A stretch of DNA of 32,000 nt from Mesoplasma florum L1 (GCF_000008305.1 NC_006055.1:270001-302000), one strand, 5' to 3'; positions 1-12,821 are shown, numbered from the stretch's first letter. A program made the numbers and translations. The notes: a model not told the origin generated them from the sequence alone.

Positions 1-2
1 TA

Positions 3-1067
3 CCAGGTGATGATGCATTGAGTGTTGATCGTTTTGGTTTTAGCAAATATATTACTGATAAAATTAAGAATCATAAAAATATAAATTTAATTGAACAAGA
101 AGTTTCTGAAGTTGATTATACAAAAGTAACTATCATAGCCTCAGGTCCGTTGACAACAGATAAATTAGGTAAAAATATTGAATTAATGACAGGTAATGAA
201 AAATTATTCTTTTTAGATGCTTCAGCACCTATTATTACAAAGGATAGTATCGATTTTAACAAGGTATATTGAGCAAGTAGACATAATGATGGTAAAGATG
301 GTCAATATATATGCATACCACTTAATGAAGAGCAATTTAATGCGTTTGTTGAAGAATTAAAGAATGCTGAAACTATTAAATTAAAATCATTTGAGAAAGA
401 AATATATTTCAAAGGATGTCAACCAATTGAGCAAATAGCAAAAACAAGTAAAAAAGTATTATTAAATGGACCACTATCGCCAAATAATTTAATTGATGAA
501 AATGGAAATACACCTTTTGCTGTTGTTCAATTACGTCAAGATGATGCAATTGATTCACTTTATAATTTTGTAGGTTTTCAAACTAATATTAAATGACCTG
601 AGCAAAAAAGAATTTTACAGACATTACCTGGTCTTGAAAATTTAAATATTGTTAGATTTGGAGTTATGCATAAAAATTATTATATTAATTCTCCTAAATT
701 GCTTAATAGATCACTACAAGTCAAAAGGAATAAAAACATTTTCTTTGCAGGTCAAATAACTGGGGTTGAAGGTTATATTGAATCTGCAAGTAGTGGTATT
801 CTTACTGCAATCAATGTCTTAGCATATTTAAACAATATAAAAATTGAACAGCCATCAAGAAAATCTATGTTAGGAGCTCTTAATTTTTATATAACTAATC
901 CAAAGCATGATAAATTAAAACCAATGAAATGTAATTTAGGAATTTTAGATCAACAAAATAAAAATGCTAAATCAGAGTTCTATTCATTTGATGAATCAGA
1001 AAGAGAAATAAGAAGATTCATAAAGGGTATTAATAATTTTGCAAAGATAGGTGAAAACAATGAATAA
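3..1067 (+). CDS. trmFO: Methylenetetrahydrofolate--tRNA-(uracil-5-)-methyltransferase TrmFO, N-terminus outside window
   Basis: Open frame from codon position 3 to TAA 1065-1067 under code 4 (ORFs 18..272 and 666..1067 share a frame). Contains [52 protein letters not shown] and [19 protein letters not shown], all typical of TrmFO/Gid. Confidence 0.95.
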
Positions 1068-1710
1068 GAAATGAAATAGTTTATTAACAAATCAAGATCT
1101 TTCAAAAAGAATTGAAAACACAATCGAGTTGGCATATAAAACGAATGAAAAAATTTATCCCTCAAAAGAAGATTGTTTAAGATTATTTGATTTAATCTCA
1201 CCAGATGAAATCAAAGTAGTAATAATTGGTCAAGACCCGTATCATAATCCTAAACAAGCTAATGGAATAGCTTTTAGCGCAAGTAAAGATATCAAAACAC
1301 CCAAAAGTCTAATTAATATTTTTAAAGAATTAGAAAATGACTTAGGTATAAAACATTATGATAATAATGATTTAAGCAATTGGGTTAAACAAGGCGTTTT
1401 ATTAATTAATACTTGTTGAACTGTAATTGAAAATCAACCTGGAAGCCACTCAAAATTAGGTTGACAAGAAATAGTTAGTGATATATTGGTTAATCTAAAC
1501 AAACAGAATCCAAACATTGTTTATTGTTTATGAGGAAATTATGCTAAAAAGGTTTATGAAAATTTAGAACATAAAGCAAATAATGTCATTAACTCTGCTC
1601 ACCCATCACCATTTAGTTATTTGAAAGGTTTTAAAAATTCAAAACCTTTCTCAACAATAAATACAATTTTAGTTAATAATTCTTTAGAACCAATTGATTG
1701 GTCTAAATAA
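1060..1710 (+). CDS. ung: Uracil-DNA glycosylase
   Basis: ATG 1060 overlaps the trmFO stop; TAA at 1708-1710 in frame; 216 aa under code 4. Contains [30 protein letters not shown] and HPSPFSY. Confidence 0.95.
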
Positions 1711-1737
1711 GGTAAAATAATAAATAAGGAGTTACAT

Positions 1738-2718
1738 ATGAGAAAAATAAATGAATTAAACAATACAATTTCTTCAACTGATTTAGTTGTTAGAATTGAA
1801 AAAGTTATTATTTCAACAGCTACTAATGGTTCATCTTATATCATTTTAAATTTATCAGATAAAACTGGTAGAATTGAAGCTAGAAAATGAACAGTAACTG
1901 AAGAAGATAAACAATTGTTACAACCAAATGCTTTTATTTTATTTAAGAATGCTGCTGTTAACGAATTTAGAGGCGTATTACAGCTTAAAGTTAGTGATTA
2001 CAGTGTTCTTAGCGAGAATGATTTAAATAGCTATGGTTTAGATGTTAAAGACTTTTTTATAGAAGCCCCTATTAACATCGAAAAAAACTATGGAGAATTA
2101 ATGTCAATTCTTGAAAGCTTAACAAATCAAACATATAAAGAATTAACAATTGGTTTAATCAAAAAATATGAAAAAGAGTTTTTAACTTATCCAGCTGCAA
2201 TGTCAATTCATCATAATGTAAAAGGTGGTTTATTCTGACATAGTTTTACATTAGTTAAAAATGCTTTAGCTTTAAAACCAAGTTATGCATATGCTTCAAT
2301 TGATTGAGAATTATTGATTTGTGGAGCTATTTTACATGATATAGGTAAAGTTATAGAAATTATAGATCCAACAGGAACTGATTATAGTTTACAAGGTAAA
2401 ATAATTGGTCATATTAGTATTGGTAACACTGAATTAAATAAAATAGCTGAAGAGTTAAACTTATATAAAGATGAGCAAGGGAACATTAATGAATCATTAA
2501 CTTTATTACAACATATGATTATTGCTAGTCATGGTAAAAAAGAATATGGTTCACCAACTGAACCAGTTATTATTGAAGCTATTATGTTATCTATGTTTGA
2601 TGATTTAGACGCAAAAGTATTTAAAATAAATGATGAACTAAATAAAGTTGAATTAAAAACATGAACACCAAGAATCATTAGTGTGGATGGAAAAATGTTT
2701 TATAAACATAAAAAGTAA
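1738..2718 (+). CDS. yhaM: 3'-5' exoribonuclease YhaM family (OB-fold plus HD domain)
   Basis: 326 aa under code 4. HD-type motifs SIHHNVKGGLFWHS, ICGAILHDIGKV and IGHISIG; N-terminal OB-fold-like SYIILNLSDKTGRIEARKW. Confidence 0.85.
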
Positions 2719-2721
2719 TGT

Positions 2722-2747
2722 AATGTAACTTAGGTTACATTTTTTTA
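2722..2747 (+). terminator. Rho-independent terminator after yhaM
   Basis: AATGTAAC-TTAG-GTTACATT perfect 8-bp stem followed by a T-run. Confidence 0.8.
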
Positions 2748-2772
2748 TGTCAAATTATTAGGTATTAAAGTA

Positions 2773-2803
2773 ATAAAAAAGATGACTTTTAAAGCCATCT
2801 TTT
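2773..2803 (-). terminator. Rho-independent terminator for the minus-strand hit operon
   Basis: AAAAGATG ... CATCTTTT stem; on the minus strand it is followed by a T-rich tract (reverse complement of the aataaaaaa at the left end). Confidence 0.7.
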
Positions 2804-3209
2804 ATTTTGTTATTTCATTAAAAACATCTTCTAAAGTTGCATATTTAAGATTCACGTTCTTATCGTGTAAGAAACCTTCATCTTCTTTAAATTTAGGTAA
2901 GATATGTTCGTGATAATGGAATACCACTTGTTTAGCAATTGCTTCTTGATTAGAAACATAGTTAAAACCTTTGACACCTTTTAATTTTTCTTGAAGTATT
3001 TGAGCAACAACTTTTTTTGCTTTGCTTACTTCAGATAAATATAAATCAGGTGTTGTTGATAAATTTTCAGCGTGTACTTTTGGAATGACCAATGCATGTC
3101 CATCACTAACAGGATTAATATCTAAGAATGCATAAACATATTCATTCTCATAAATTTTATACGAAGGAATTTCTTGCTTTATTATTTTACAAAATATACA
3201 ATCATTCAT
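2802..3209 (-). CDS. hinT: HIT family protein (HinT-like nucleotide hydrolase)
   Basis: 135-aa complete ORF with CIFCKII, DGHALVIPKVHAENL and the histidine triad HYHEHILPKF. Confidence 0.93.
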   Translation of the reverse strand: MNDCIFCKIIKQEIPSYKIYENEYVYAFLDINPVSDGHALVIPKVHAENLSTTPDLYLSEVSKAKKVVAQILQEKLKGVKGFNYVSNQEAIAKQVVFHYHEHILPKFKEDEGFLHDKNVNLKYATLEDVFNEITK

Positions 3210-5257
3210 TAGTCTGATGTATTTCCGTCTTCGTCTTTAATATATTTTGCAAGTTCATCGTATAATCCTTGGAATAGAACATTATCACCATCCATGATGT
3301 ATTTAGTATAAAGTTCTTCTTTAGCTTCTGTTGTGTAATCTGTATCTCCTGCAACTAAACCATTTTCAATTTCAGAAATTAATAGTTGTTTATTAGTTGC
3401 ACTTAAGTTTTTAATATCTGAACTTGATTGAACTGAATTACTTCAAGCTTCACTTAATTGGTAAACACTTTTTGGATCAGCATTTCTTGCTCATAATACT
3501 GAGTATAAAATTTTATCAGTATCTTTTACTTTACCTTGTTGTTCTGTATCAAATCCACTTGTAAAAGCTGAGTCTTCTTTATTAATTGTTTCATGAATAC
3601 CTAACATTGTATCATTTGCATTTTCAACATTAACTGTAATAGTTCTTTGATTACCTAAAGTGAATGAACCTTTATCTGCTAAGGCTTTAACATAAAGATT
3701 TCCATTATTATCTTTAATAATTTCAACATTAGTTTCATTTGTAAAAGTCTTCATATCGTCTACATAAGGACTGTATTTATCACCAAGAGGTACTCAAGTA
3801 TCACTTGGAATAGAAAGTGTTGCTACTTGATTAACAGCATTTAAAGTTACATTTGAGTTATCATAAATATCATTTAAATATATAGGTAAAACTAAAACGA
3901 TTTCACTTTCACCATTGTCACCTACCGCAAAACCTTGATCTCTTGGTCCTGTTAGTAATGTTGGTCTATCTATTGATTTAGCTGCAGTTTGTGCATCAGT
4001 TGAAATACTTAATGAACCACTTATTGCTTCAATTCCTGTATCATTATTTTTTGCAATACCGTTATAACCAACTAAACCTAAAAATGGATCAGTACCTAAT
4101 TTTGTATTGTTTTCTAGTGAATTAGAACTAAAGTTATTTTTTAAAGTAGTTATACTGTTTTCATCCAAAATAATGTTTCCACTACTATTTGGTTCACCTA
4201 ATGCTTGTTTATAAGATTTAACTCATGAAGTTGCATCAGTCGAAACTTTTGCTTTGAAAGATCAAATCAATTTAACATTTGAACTTTTAGTTTCAGAAGT
4301 TAATGAATTTTGAACAGAAGAAACTAATTTGTTTGATGTATTTAATCTAACAAATGATCTTGTATAGTTTGTTGTTGTTAAATTTGTTGAATATAAATTA
4401 CTATCTAAATATGCCAAGCTGATTAATTGAGTATATAAATCAGGAATGATTTTTGCATTAATGTAGCTTTGGAAACGATATTTCATAATTTCATTTCCAC
4501 TAAAGCCTTGTTCTTGTTCATTTTTTGCAACTAAGAATGGACCAGTCACTTCATCAATTTTAGTATCTTTATTTAAAACCTTTGTATTTTTAGTGTCAGT
4601 CAATTTAGTTACTTTAGTATTGTCAGCTGATCCAATAATATAGAAATTGTTACCACCATTTAAAGCTTCTATACTAGGAATATTTCATTCATTTTCACCA
4701 AATTCTCCTAAAACTTGTCATCTAGTTAAAGTTTCATTTTCGCTTTTCTCTTTATAATAAATTGAATAATTTATTTTTTCATCATCCTCAAATAAATTAA
4801 AAGGATTTAATGAGTGATTATTTGAATATTGCTTGTCATTTACTAAACCATGTTTATCACTAATTACTTTAGCTGTGTATTCACTAAAAAATTTGTTAGT
4901 TGCTAAATCATTTAATAAATTTGAAGTAATATTTTCAGTTGTTTCTTTTTCTTTTACTTTTAAAGTAGAGGCAATATTTGAACTTGTTGTTTTATATTCT
5001 TCTTCAGCAATTTTTTTATCTAAAATTTTTAATACATCAGCAATAATTTCAGTATCAGAAATTTTTAAAAATTTCTCTGCTTGTGAAACACTTATAAAAC
5101 CACTATCTTTCATTTTCAGTATGAAAGATGTATATACTTGTTTATCACTAAAATTTAATTTGCCAAATCTATCAACTGTTGTTGTACATGAAATTACAAC
5201 TGAAGAAGTTGTTGCAGTTAGTCCAACTGCTGCTAATATAGCTAATAATTTTTTCAT
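3209..5257 (-). CDS. Large lipoprotein, P60-like position in a hinT operon
   Basis: 682 aa when TGA is Trp; joins minus-strand ORFs 4718..5257, 4262..4603, 3794..4168 and 3491..3754 in one frame down to TAA 3209-3211. Lipoprotein signal MKKLLAILAAVGLTATTSSVVISC. The stop overlaps the hit ATG as TAATG. Confidence 0.9.
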
Positions 5258-8112
5258 TATTTAACTCCTCCTTCATGTTTATTTAAAACATTAATAATAA
5301 CTTCATCATTAAATCATTTATCAGAAATAATGTAATTTAATTTATTAAATTTTGATTTTGTTGACAAGTCAGTTTTTCAGTGCTGACTTTGTACAATTGA
5401 AGAATAACTTATTTCCAAGCCATTTTTAGGAATAAATGATCTTGCTGTTTCAGTTTTTAAATCTTCATGTTGTTTTTCATAATTATCTTCAACGCTTTGA
5501 TTTCAATTGTTATTTTCTAATGTAAAACTTGTTAAAGGAGCAGCACTAAGAGTTTCTTGTTCTGTTGTAATAACCTTAATTAATTCATAAACTGCTTTTG
5601 TATCTACATCTTCTCCTTCGATTTCAAAGAATTTTCCAAATAATTCAGCATAGTCCCCATTTGTACCTAATATCTCATCTAAGTAAGTTCATAATCATTG
5701 ACTTAACAATCCGAAATTTTCAGTTGTTGAAGTAGTTGCTTTTGCATCAGCTAGAATATCAAAATTATAAAATAAGTTTGTTTTTTCTTCATCGGTTGAT
5801 AAAAATCCATTAGCTACAGTATTGTTAACTAAGAATCTTTCATAATCATTGGTAATTGAGTAATTAATTATTTTACTATAATCATTACCAAATTCAGTAC
5901 CCATATTGTCAATAATGTTTTGTCTATAAATATCATTATTAATTCCAGGCTTAATTGCTGTTGATTCGTCAATTTTATTTATTTTTCCTGAACCTTCACC
6001 AGCATTGCCTGCTTCAGTACTTGAACTTAATTTTGGATTTAATAAGTAAGGAATTAATTCTTTATTTGTTTTTGAAAGAAGATCATAAGCTATTGATTGT
6101 TGTTTATCTTTATCAACACTTGTTTCACTTTTTTCAGCGTTAGAGCTATTTAATAAACTATATCCATCAATTTTCATGAAGTGTAATCCATCACTATCAA
6201 TGAATGCAATAATTCCATCTTTAGCATTTAATACTTTATAAGGTTTTGCTGTTTCGCCTTCTTTTGTGCTGTTTGCTTCAGTTTCAGCATGTCGTCCTAA
6301 ATCATTTACAAGGTTAAACAATAAGTTCTTTCCATTTGTAGCATCAGTAGATACATTTGTCATTTTTTGATCAAAACTTGCTCATTGACCTATCATATTA
6401 GTTGAATCTGCATCTCAATCATTCTTTGTAGAAATTACATCTTCTTTAGGATTTGAAGATAAGAAATCATAAACAGAATATTTAGCTATGTTTGAATATG
6501 TTCCAGTTGTTGTATCATAGTCTAAAGTTAATAATTTTTCATTATTTTTAGCTGTTAAGAAATTAATAATCCCTGTATCAGTTTGGTTTTGACCTAATTT
6601 TCATAAATTATTTTTATTTGAACCTCTATAAAATGTTTCAAAATCTGTTAATCCAGTTGAACTACTTGTTTCAGCATTTGCATATGATGATGCACTCTCA
6701 CTTGAAACATAAGCATTATAAAATTGATAAAAACCTTCAAAGTAATTAATTAATTCAGTTTGAGTATTGGCATTGTTAACAAATTGAGCAGGACTTATTT
6801 CTTTATTAATATCTGGTGTTGCAGTACTATTAATTTTTGAAAATTCTAAAACAATTTCAGAGGTTGCAACAGGTTTTTTAGTTTCAAAATAATTATCTAC
6901 TAAGAATTTTTGTGAATTTGAAAGTATATTATTTTTTTGATTATCTTTAGATGAATTTAAGACAGGTGCCACAGAAACGATTTGTGTTTTATTAAGTTCT
7001 CTAGAAGATCTAGCATTATAGTTATAGAAATCTTTATATATATTATTATCAGCAAGTCTTATACTTTCGACATCAGAATATTTAAAAATATTATTATTAC
7101 TACTACTAATTTGAGAAATAGTTCCATTTATTGAATTTGGACTATTAGCAAAAATACTACTAATTCCTGATAAAAACGTTCTTCAAGTTAAAGCATTCAA
7201 GAAAACATCGTTTGTATTTTCAATAAACTCGATTTTAAAAGTTGTACCATTGTTTTCTGTGTTTATTGTTTCATTGTAGTTAGAAGAATTGCTTGATTTA
7301 AATGCATTCTTTCCACCTAAAGCGTTTACTAAATTTATAATAGAAATTTGTTGAGCTTCAGTTGTTGCTTGTTCTTTAATTGTTTTATCTAAAGTTTCAT
7401 TATTAATTAAAACATTTCCATTTTGAGTTAAAAATACTGACAGTAGATTTGAAATAGTTGTTCTATTTACTTCGATTGTTGAATAACCTTTTGCTCAAGT
7501 TGATTCAGTTGCTCCAAAACCTAGTGCTTTTGAAAGGTTAGCATAAGCAGAGTTAGTTGAATCAGTTAAGATATAGTTTGATATTCAAGCATTTTCTAGT
7601 GCTGTTTGATCACCAGTAACTCAAGGAAATTGTCCTTTTAAATATTTAACTCAAGCTTTTGTACCTTGTTTTTTATTGTCAAGATATTCTTTTCTTGCTC
7701 TTTCCATTTCAGTATTAGCACGACCATATATTGTATTTGAAGCTTTTGATTCCTTACCATATTGTGTTTTTAAGCTTTCAGCAAATGCTTTTCCATCTTC
7801 ATTCATATAAGGATTTTTTTCAGCACTTATACCTTGAAAAATGTTATTTTCTTTACTTGCTTCTTCATAAATGGCAACTGCAAAAATATTATAGAATTGT
7901 ACTAAAAATTTTTGAGAATCTTTACCTAAACGTCCATAAGTTTCATTGTATCAATTTAATAAGTCTTCAGTAGTGATTTTAAAATCTCCATCATCATTAA
8001 TAAATACATTTCCATATTTATCATCGTCTTTATCATTAGAACATGAAATTAAAACACTTGTTGCACTAGCTGTTAAAGCAAAAGCACCAATTAGTGATAG
8101 TAGTTTTTTCAT
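5257..8112 (-). CDS. Large lipoprotein, P80-like position in a hinT operon
   Basis: ATG at 8110-8112 preceded by GGAGG; TAA at 5257-5259 overlaps the next ATG (TAATG). 951 aa under code 4, joining ORFs 6601..6972 and 5695..6363. Signal peptide and lipobox MKKLLSLIGAFALTASATSVLISC. Confidence 0.9.
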
Positions 8113-8263
8113 TTTGTTTTCCTCCTGCGAAAATCGTTTCTGTTAACACTTATTTTTATATAAATATAAGCATTGATAATATTATAACTCAAAACCCTAT
8201 AAAATTACCAAACTTTTAATTCTAAAATAGTATAATAACAAAGATAGAAAAGTAGGTTTATGG

Positions 8264-9490
8264 ATGAAAGACTTAAAAAAATATTTCCCTTTTTATGATA
8301 AACAAAGCAATCTAATTTATTTTGATAGCTCAGCTACTAGTCTTAAAATTAAGAGCGTAATTGATGCTGAAATGAAATTTTTGAGTGAAAATGGTTCAAA
8401 TCCTCATGCAGTTGATTATAAAAAAGGATTTGAAGCTTTTGAAATAATTAAAAATGCTAGACAGTTAACTCAAGAATTTATTAATGCTAAAAAAGTAAAT
8501 GAAATAATATTTACAAGTGGAACAACCCATTCAATAAATCTATTAGCAAACGGACTTAAAAAAATAATAAAAAAGGATGATGAAATTTTGGTTACAGAAT
8601 TAGAACATTCAGCTAATTTATTGCCATGAATTGCTTTAGCAAATTCTGTTGGTGCAAAAGTTAAAAAAATTAAGTTAAATGAAGACTTTACAATTGATCA
8701 TGAATCATTAAAACTACAGTTATCAGATAAAACAAAAATAGTTTCATTTGCTAGTGTTTATAATACTGTTGGGGCTAAAAATGATGTTAAACTAATTACT
8801 AAAGTAATTAAAGAGTTTAATATTAATATAATTGTTCATGTTGATGCAGCACAATCAATTGGTCACACAAAAACTGATGTTACGGATTCAAATATTGATT
8901 TTATGTCTTGATCTTTTCATAAAATGTATGGACCATTTGGTGTTGGTTGTTTATATGGAAAATACGAATTACTTAATCAATTAGAACCATTGTTTTATGG
9001 CGGTGGAATGAGTTTGAAAATTGAAGAAAATTTAATTGATTATTCCTTATCTTCATTACCAGAAAAATTAGAAGGTGGAACACCAAACATAAGTGCTATT
9101 GCAGGGGTTGTTGAATCAATTAAATTTATTAACTTAATAGGTTTAGATCAAATTGAAGAACATGAAATAACATTAAAAGATTACTTTAAAATTAAAGTTA
9201 AAGAAAATAACCTAAATGATCACATAACTTTTTATAATTTAGATACTAAATCACCCATAATACTATTTAATGTTAAAGGTGTAAATCCACAAGATATAAC
9301 TAATTTTTTAGATGAAAAATACAATATTTTAGTGCGTGGCGGTGCTAATTGTGCTAGAAGAATTGAAGGTGTTATTGGAACAAAAATAGCCATTAGAGCT
9401 AGTTTTGGAATCAATAATAATAAAGCTGAAATTGATCAATTTATAGAAGCTTTAAAAGATACAAATAGTTTCTTAGATGTGCTATTTTAA
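8264..9490 (+). CDS. sufS: SufS-type cysteine desulfurase
   Basis: 408 aa under code 4. Contains YFDSSATSLK, FTSGTTHSINLLANGL, VDAAQSIGHTKTDV, DFMSWSFHKMYGPFGVGCLYG and VRGGANCARR. Confidence 0.95.
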
Positions 9491-9499
9491 AGGAGAAAA

Positions 9500-9928
9500 A
9501 TGATAGATATAAGTGATGATATTTTATTAAGAAAAATTTTAATGAAACATTTTACTGAGCCTGAAAATTTGGGATTAAAAAATATTACAAATGCAATTAT
9601 TAAAGATGCTAAATCTCAAACTTGTGCAGATGAAATGAAAATTGAAATATTACTTGAAAATAACATTTTTAAAGAAATAAATTTTGAAGGAACTGCATGT
9701 GCAGTTGCAACATCTAGTGCTGATATTTTCATTAATTTAATAAAAAATAAGTCTTTAGAGGATACAAAAAAAATAATAGATCAATATCAAAATTTTTTAA
9801 ATACTGGTAATCTATCTGAAATTGATCTTTTAGAAGATTTAGTAGTTTTTAAAAACATTAATAAGCAAAAAAATCGCATATTATGTGCTAATTTAGCAAT
9901 TGAAGCCATAAATGAGATTATTGAATAG
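9500..9928 (+). CDS. sufU: SufU/IscU-like iron-sulfur cluster scaffold or sulfur acceptor protein
   Basis: 142-aa complete ORF directly downstream of sufS with three conserved-position Cys and Asp: QTCAD, GTACAVATSSAD and NRILCANLAIEA. Confidence 0.88.
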   Translation: MIDISDDILLRKILMKHFTEPENLGLKNITNAIIKDAKSQTCADEMKIEILLENNIFKEINFEGTACAVATSSADIFINLIKNKSLEDTKKIIDQYQNFLNTGNLSEIDLLEDLVVFKNINKQKNRILCANLAIEAINEIIE

Positions 9929-9985
9929 TTTGTTTATGTATAATTATATTATGTAATAATAAATTATATTTTTAAAGGAGAAACA

Positions 9986-10633
9986 ATGAGCAACAAGAAT
10001 CAAATAAGAGAAAAATTTCTTAAAACAAGATCTTTTTTATCAAAATCATACAAAGAAGAAGTTAATAAAATTATCGAAAGAAAAGTTAATCATTATATAG
10101 ATAGATATAACTTAGAAAAATATGCCATTTATCTTTCAACTGAGAATGAACCTAATACTTTAAACATTATTGAAACAAGTTTAAAAAAAGGAATAGAAGT
10201 TTATGTTCCATTAATTATTGAAGATAACAAAATGGAATTCAAGAAAATTACAAATTTAGAAACTGATTTAGAACAAAATAAGGTTTTAAACATTTTACAA
10301 CCAAAATCAACATGTTCAACATTAGAAAATGGTAACTACATTAATACTATGTTTATTCCATTGGTAGCTTTTGATAAACAATTAAATAGAGTTGGTATGG
10401 GTAAAGGGTTTTATGATCGTTGATTAAATGAAAATGATTACATTGGATATAAAATTGGTTTATCAGCTTCAACTCAATTATCAAATGAAAGCATTGATGC
10501 TGATGAGTTTGATGTTAAATTTGATAATGTAATTACAGAAAAAGAAATTTATGTTCCATTTGTTGAAGAAGAACAAGAATTTGATTATGATGTTACTTAT
10601 TCAGTTTTTAACGATGAAACTATTGTAGGTTAA
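9986..10633 (+). CDS. 5-formyltetrahydrofolate cyclo-ligase family protein
   Basis: 215 aa under code 4. N-terminal Arg/Lys-rich start, VYVPLIIEDNKMEFKKI and the signature PLVAFDKQLNRVGMGKGFYDRWL. Confidence 0.92.
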
Positions 10634-10637
10634 TTGA

Positions 10638-10662
10638 AATAGGTTTTTACCTATTTTTTTTA
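10638..10662 (+). terminator. Rho-independent terminator
   Basis: AATAGGT-TTTT-ACCTATT stem followed by a T-run. Confidence 0.8.
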
Positions 10663-10669
10663 TTTTCTC

Positions 10670-10700
10670 TTGCATTAAAGTAGGTTTAATCTTTTAAAAT
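10670..10700 (+). promoter_or_regulatory. Putative MerR-type promoter/operator of the merR-like gene (autoregulation)
   Basis: TTGCAT (10670-10675), 19-bp spacer, TAAAAT (10695-10700). Internal inverted repeat ATTAAA-GTAGG-TTTAAT. The 21-bp sequence TTGCATTAAAGTAGGTTTAAT is repeated exactly at 11094. Confidence 0.75.
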
Positions 10701-10727
10701 AATAAATATAGAACAAAAGAGGTCATT

Positions 10728-11084
10728 ATGGAAAAGTTATACATAAAAGATATATCAAAAGAATTATCAATTCCAGAATATGTATTAAGGTTTTACGATA
10801 AGAAAGGTTTATTTCCTTTTTTTGAAAGAGATGAAAATAATTACAGATATATAGAAAGAGAAAAATTAGAATGAGTTAGAATTGTATCTTGTTTAAAAAA
10901 ATCAGGAATGCCTTTAAATAAAATAAGTGAATATATTGGTCTAGCCTTAGAAGGCAAAAACACTTATGCAAAAAGATTAGAAATGATGATTGAACAAGAA
11001 AAAATAGTACTTGAAAAAATGAAAGATTTGCAAGAACAATTAGACTATATTAAATATAAAAAGAAACTTTACGAAAATAATTAA
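10728..11084 (+). CDS. MerR family transcriptional regulator, AdhR/NmlR-like
   Basis: 118 aa under code 4. MerR HTH signature YIKDISKELSIPEYVLRFYDKKGLFPFFERDENNYRYI, followed by a single Cys in IVSCLKKSGMPLNKI and a C-terminal coiled coil (RLEMMIEQEKIVLEKMKDLQEQLDYIKYKKKLYE). Confidence 0.93.
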
Positions 11085-11093
11085 TTTTTTTGC

Positions 11094-11124
11094 TTGCATT
11101 AAAGTAGGTTTAATGAAATATGAT
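11094..11124 (+). promoter_or_regulatory. Putative MerR-type promoter/operator of the aldo/keto reductase gene
   Basis: TTGCAT (11094-11099), 19-bp spacer, TATGAT (11119-11124). Contains the exact 21-bp repeat of the element at 10670. Confidence 0.78.
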
Positions 11125-11157
11125 GATATTGAGTTCAAAACTCAGAGGAGATAAAAT

Positions 11158-12144
<987 letters not shown>

Positions 12145-12154
12145 TAAGATATTT

Positions 12155-12184
12155 AAAAACCGTGATATTCATTTCGGTTTTTTT
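12155..12184 (+). terminator. Rho-independent terminator after the aldo/keto reductase
   Basis: AAAAACCG ... CGGTTTTT stem with T-run. Confidence 0.75.
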
Positions 12185-12233
12185 ACTTTATAATTATTAA
12201 ATAAATATAATCTTATTATCAGAAAGGGAAAAT

Positions 12234-12734
12234 ATGACAAAATGCAATTTATGTAAATTAGATATAAAACCATATCAATTAAGAAAAAAAGAAGTAAATC
12301 CTTCTCAAACTCAAAATAATCCACATATGTCAAATTTTGGTTTTACAATCATTGGTGCTAGAGTTATGTATAGTCATTTAGGTTGTTATAATTTATATTA
12401 TAAAAAGAATAAATATTGAACTTGAATAGGCGCTTTAATAGCAATAATTGGTATAGCTTTATTCATACCTGGATTTTTTCATTTTTTTAATTCTGTAACT
12501 GATCAAATTGACCCACAAACAAATGATTGAATTATTAATCATGCATTAAGAAAACAAGGAATGATAGAACTAATATGTGCGTCATGTTTAATTATTGGAT
12601 CGATCATAATAATTACTATTGGAAATATTTATGCTAAAAAATTTATTAAAGATGGTTCTCATGCTAATGATTTCATTGATGAAAAAATCAAAATTGAATA
12701 TTATAAAAATATAGATAAAGAAAAAAATATTTAA
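12234..12734 (+). CDS. Small membrane protein with N-terminal Cys/His (zinc-ribbon-like) motif and two predicted TM helices
   Basis: 166 aa under code 4 starting MTKCNLCKLD, with HLGC at residues ~48-51. Hydrophobic stretches WIGALIAIIGIALFIPGFFHFF and MIELICASCLIIGSIIIITIGNIY. Confidence 0.75.
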
Positions 12735-12770
12735 GATTTCTTTTTAATTGAAAATATAAATAATTAAAAT

Positions 12771-12813
12771 ATAGATTTTAAGGTACTGCTCTAAATCTAT
12801 ATTTTTTATTTTT
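12771..12813 (+). terminator. Probable terminator
   Basis: ATAGATTT ... AAATCTAT perfect 8-bp stem followed by ATTTTTTATTTTT. Confidence 0.65.
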
Positions 12814-12821
12814 CATAAGAG

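Noticed and set aside
4833-5264. 143-aa plus-strand ORF MSFTKPCLSLITLAVY...
   Set aside because: Antisense to the N-terminal part of a confident minus-strand lipoprotein; no recognisable domain and no good RBS. The same applies to other antisense ORFs such as 980..1201, 17529..17789, 17940..18173, 19330..19710, 20827..21021, 27206..27388 and 28913..29098.
5955-6143. Plus-strand leucine-rich ORF MLLIRQFYLFFLNLHQ..., and similar 7731..7973
   Set aside because: Out-of-frame antisense readings of low-complexity AT-rich lipoprotein coding sequence; low-complexity Leu/Phe composition is expected by chance.
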